A stretch of 64,000 nt of DNA from Blepharisma stoltei ATCC 30299. Its lineage: Eukaryota; Protista; Ciliophora. Every line of letters begins with the position of its first letter. Positions within the stretch are counted from its first letter, which is position 1. This document shows positions 61,061 to 64,000 of the stretch, piece after piece. A model generated the notes under the pieces. It was not told the DNA's origin and made no database searches. It saw only the letters and a program-made list of their open reading frames with translations. The DNA lies in contig CBFDEM010000057.1 in the NCBI GenBank assembly GCA_965603825.1, forward strand, positions 372,001-436,000, read 5' to 3'. Both the position numbers and the translations under genes were made by a program.

Positions 61061-61841
61061 TAAAACTCTAATCTCCTTTGAAATAAAATTGGAAAAAATA
61101 AAGCTTGCTTTATAATTAATAAAGACGTATTATGGAATTTTATGAGGATAATATGATAATGGTGATTGGAGAGAAATTTAATTTAAGTCTCGTATGGGAT
61201 AATATTATTGAAAATTAAGAAATAAAGAGGCCAGGCTAAAATAATATAATTAATTCTAAAATAGAATTTAAAATAATTTCCTTTCTAACTTGTCGGTATT
61301 TCAAATTTCAATCAATTAATTTGGCATGGCAATTTTTTTAGTCAATATTCTGGATTAAAATAAGTTAATATTTCTGATGATCTAATTGTTGCACTTATTT
61401 TTGTAGCAAGAAGAGATCAATTATTACAATTGGCATTCAAAATATTAAATATTTGGCGTTAATGCAATATTATTTCACATTTATCATAATCTTTAAACCA
61501 ATTTCAAATCCACAGTCTTTAGGTGAAACTCTATGATGATTATTTTAAACAAATTAATTTGCATTTCCCATCTAGCTTTATACCATGAAAATATGCTTAT
61601 TTATATCTTCTTTATTACTAATTTCAAGCAATCAATAAATTCTATAATCTTTAATTAACCGGTTTTTCTGAAGCAAATAAACTTATATCTCATTAAATTT
61701 AAATATAGTTTTTTTTTTTAGAATTTGTAACAGACTAATTGCTTTCCTTTTATTTTCTATATCGCCTAAATTTGCTTCTAATCTTGCAAAAAGGCCTTTT
61801 TACCTATTTCGATTTAAATATCACTTTTCGACTATAAATAA

Positions 61842-62207
61842 ATGAATTGCTTTATAGTTTGCATCAAAGCAATTAAAAAGAAGTCAACGAAGCAAATTCT
61901 GCCGAAACCTGAAGAAACGTCTAATTCTCCAAGTTCACAGACACCAAATAATAGAGATCACTCGAGATCTCTAAGCTTAATCTCGATTCTTTCAGACTCA
62001 AGCAAACTCCCCGATGACAGCGTTGATTTAAGCAGTAATGTCCCTTATGTCCAAAGAAAAAGACCTAAGGTTTATAATTTAAGAAATAATTCAATCACAG
62101 TTCGACACACAAAAACAAATGAAGTTGTTTCTAGCCAAAAAACCAGGTTTATCAGAATTCTTAAAAATTGTCCATCGCCTCAACCAACTGCTCAAGTGAA
62201 AAATTAA
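61842..62207 (+). CDS. Hypothetical low-complexity protein
   Basis: 121-aa ORF, more GC-rich than its flanks. Confidence 0.55.
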   Translation: MNCFIVCIKAIKKKSTKQILPKPEETSNSPSSQTPNNRDHSRSLSLISILSDSSKLPDDSVDLSSNVPYVQRKRPKVYNLRNNSITVRHTKTNEVVSSQKTRFIRILKNCPSPQPTAQVKN

Positions 62208-63085
62208 TGTATTTTAAATTAATATAATTGAATTTCAAAAAAGCAGAAAATTTTAGTTATTTGAGATTTTCCTAGTTCTGTAGCTTTATGGTTATTCGCT
62301 TTTTTCAATTTTACAAAACAAATAAATGGTGTCAGGTTTTTAATCTTTCAACTGATTGGGTTTTGCCATTATTTTATCTTAATTTCTCCAAATATCTCAA
62401 CAATTTAATAAGGTACAATAAACTTGAAAGCTAGGTTCTTTGATGAATCTAAATTTAATAATTTAATTTTTTTCAATGAATTTTTTGTAGTATTTAGTCT
62501 AAAATATTTAGAAAATATTTAAAAATCTAGATTAATAGTTCGAAGTAATATGGACTTGCAAGTAAATTATAAAATAACTCAAAAGAATTAATCAGATATA
62601 CAGGTTTTATATAATTTTATTAGTCAAATTGCTCATTTACAATATTTATTTATTTATTTTATATTGTTATCGTCGTCATATGAAAGATCTCTAAAATTGG
62701 ATTCTAATTTTTCTCCTGCGTTATACTAACTTTAATCATTACCTAAACAACATAAATATTTTATTTTATATGAATATTTTTAAATCTAACACTATGATGC
62801 TTTTTACTAAACAGCTATAAGGATAGCTTGATGATAGAACTTTATTCATTATTTTTAAATCTCATTGACACTAGTATTTGATATTTCAATTATCATTTTT
62901 ATTAATAATAACTAATATTTAAACAAAAAAGCTTTAGAAAGCATTAGTGGATCATATTATGAAATTTTAATTGATTTTTACATAATAAGTGAACTTGTCG
63001 ATTATCTAATTATAATCAACAAGAAACATCTAAAAGGCATAACTGCATAAGTAAATATAAATGTCTTTTTAATTAAAAATTATAA

Positions 63086-63619
63086 ATGAATGCTGTTCCC
63101 AGTAAAGAAATTTTACTACGAAAAAATGAAAATTCTCTGAGCCCAAACAAGCTGATTATTTTATCTCCCAAAGACCAAAAACCTCAACGAGTTAAAGTAA
63201 AAATTACAACTTATTACGCTCATAGAGATAGATTAAAATCCGATAAAATAATGTCATTAAATTCTAGTCCAAAATCATCTCAAGACAAATCAACTGGATT
63301 TTATAAATTATACAACAGCAATGAATCAACTCCTAAAGCAGCTGAAAAACCTTTTAAATTTCCAAATTTGCCTATCTCACTGTCGAATAAAGTTATAAAA
63401 AAGCATAAAAATTTTTTGTTCCAAAATGACGACAATATGCTTGCTAGAGGTGTAAGTTTAAAAATTCTCCCAATCATAGTGTCTCCTTTAAAGCCAAGAG
63501 TGGTTAAAAACGAAATTAACGATAGAAGTTTAGGAAATTCACCAAATAAAAGATGAATTTATTCAAATTTTTCTTCTGCAAGTTCTATTAAAAGGGCTGC
63601 AAAATTGCAATCAGGGTAA
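63086..63619 (+). CDS. Hypothetical basic SP-rich protein (177 aa with TGA=W extension)
   Basis: The track ORF ends at TGA; the frame continues to TAA at 63617-63619. Confidence 0.55.
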
Positions 63620-63847
63620 TTTAAGAGTCTTGTATAGAATAATATAAGCTGCATAACTAAGTTAATTATAATAATATATGATGGAAATAAAAGAAAATCC
63701 TATTGAATAGTTAATGTTAATTATTTGACCCTTCTAAGCTTTAGAAATGATTTTTCTACTCTTGATATCATTTTTGCTATTAAACTGTATTTTTAATAAA
63801 TTTATGATGAATTAATTTATGTTGTAGCAAATAAATAAATTATCTTT

Positions 63848-64000
63848 ATGGCTAAGGGAAAATTGCAAAAAAAGCTTATGTGCAAGACTCTTGGCCCAAT
63901 GATATTAGGAATGATTTGCACTGTCTTTATTTCATATATTCCTTTTTATTTCCAGTACCCTTCTTGGATAGATTCTATTACAGACAAAATGTTAAATGAT
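63848..64000 (+). CDS. Membrane protein, 5' fragment (runs off window)
   Basis: MAKGKLQKKLMCKTLGPMILGMICTVFISYIPFYFQYPSWID..; basic N-terminus plus a TM; open to the window end. Confidence 0.55.
   Translation, partial: MAKGKLQKKLMCKTLGPMILGMICTVFISYIPFYFQYPSWIDSITDKMLND

Noticed and set aside
61061-63085. Long AT-rich spacers as retained IESs or transposon remnants
   Set aside because: No terminal inverted repeats, transposase ORF or interrupted gene was seen. This cannot be assessed without MAC/MIC read comparison.
1-64000. Widespread pseudogenisation or a prokaryotic/organellar origin to explain the broken ORFs
   Set aside because: The breaks are in-frame TGA at Trp positions or 15-nt GT-AG introns, and the genes are nuclear eukaryotic (cullin, DDB1, 60S proteins, LSM8).
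1-64000. TGA as selenocysteine or Cys, or TAR as Gln
   Set aside because: TGA aligns with TGG in paralogs. In intact genes, internal TAA/TAG occur only inside intron-consensus segments, and genes end at TAA/TAG at homologous C-termini.
1-64000. CRISPR arrays, rRNA, tRNA, mobile elements
   Set aside because: None was recognised by eye. The repeats seen are protein-domain repeats (MORN, LNR, ANK, TPR) or tandem paralogs. A tRNAscan/Infernal run would be needed to exclude small RNAs.

Overview
AT-rich, gene-dense eukaryotic DNA that reads as a heterotrich ciliate macronuclear chromosome, most like Blepharisma (inferred from the genetic code and intron type, not from a database match). Two properties explain why the supplied ORF track is fragmented. 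(1) TGA encodes Trp: it swaps with TGG between paralogs and falls on invariant Trp positions, while TAA and TAG remain stops. (2) Introns are tiny: ten 15-nt GT..AG introns were found, all with A at position 10, plus one atypical 17/18-nt intron. Re-reading by hand gives about 44 protein-coding genes and one pseudogene. These include 4 SWEET transporters, a membrane-anchored pepsin-like protease, otubain, a TBC/EF-hand RabGAP, FolC, 3 Nudix hydrolases, PABP, 2 GSTs plus a GST pseudogene, a kinase, CUL3-like cullin, DDB1, UNC119, RPL27A, HSPA12-like, RPLP1, LSM8, ZW10, BOP1 and MORN/TPR proteins. The most novel-looking items are: (a) three tandem receptor-type E3 ligases with the architecture signal peptide-PA-vacuolar sorting receptor (VSR) core-4x Notch LNR-TM-RING-H2, each with a conserved stop-containing 15-nt intron inside the TM segment and lying beside the membrane-tethered aspartic protease; (b) an F-box fused to a truncated cullin N-terminal domain; (c) extreme gene packing, such as a Nudix gene ending 3 nt before the in-frame FolC start. 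All family assignments come from motif recognition by eye.
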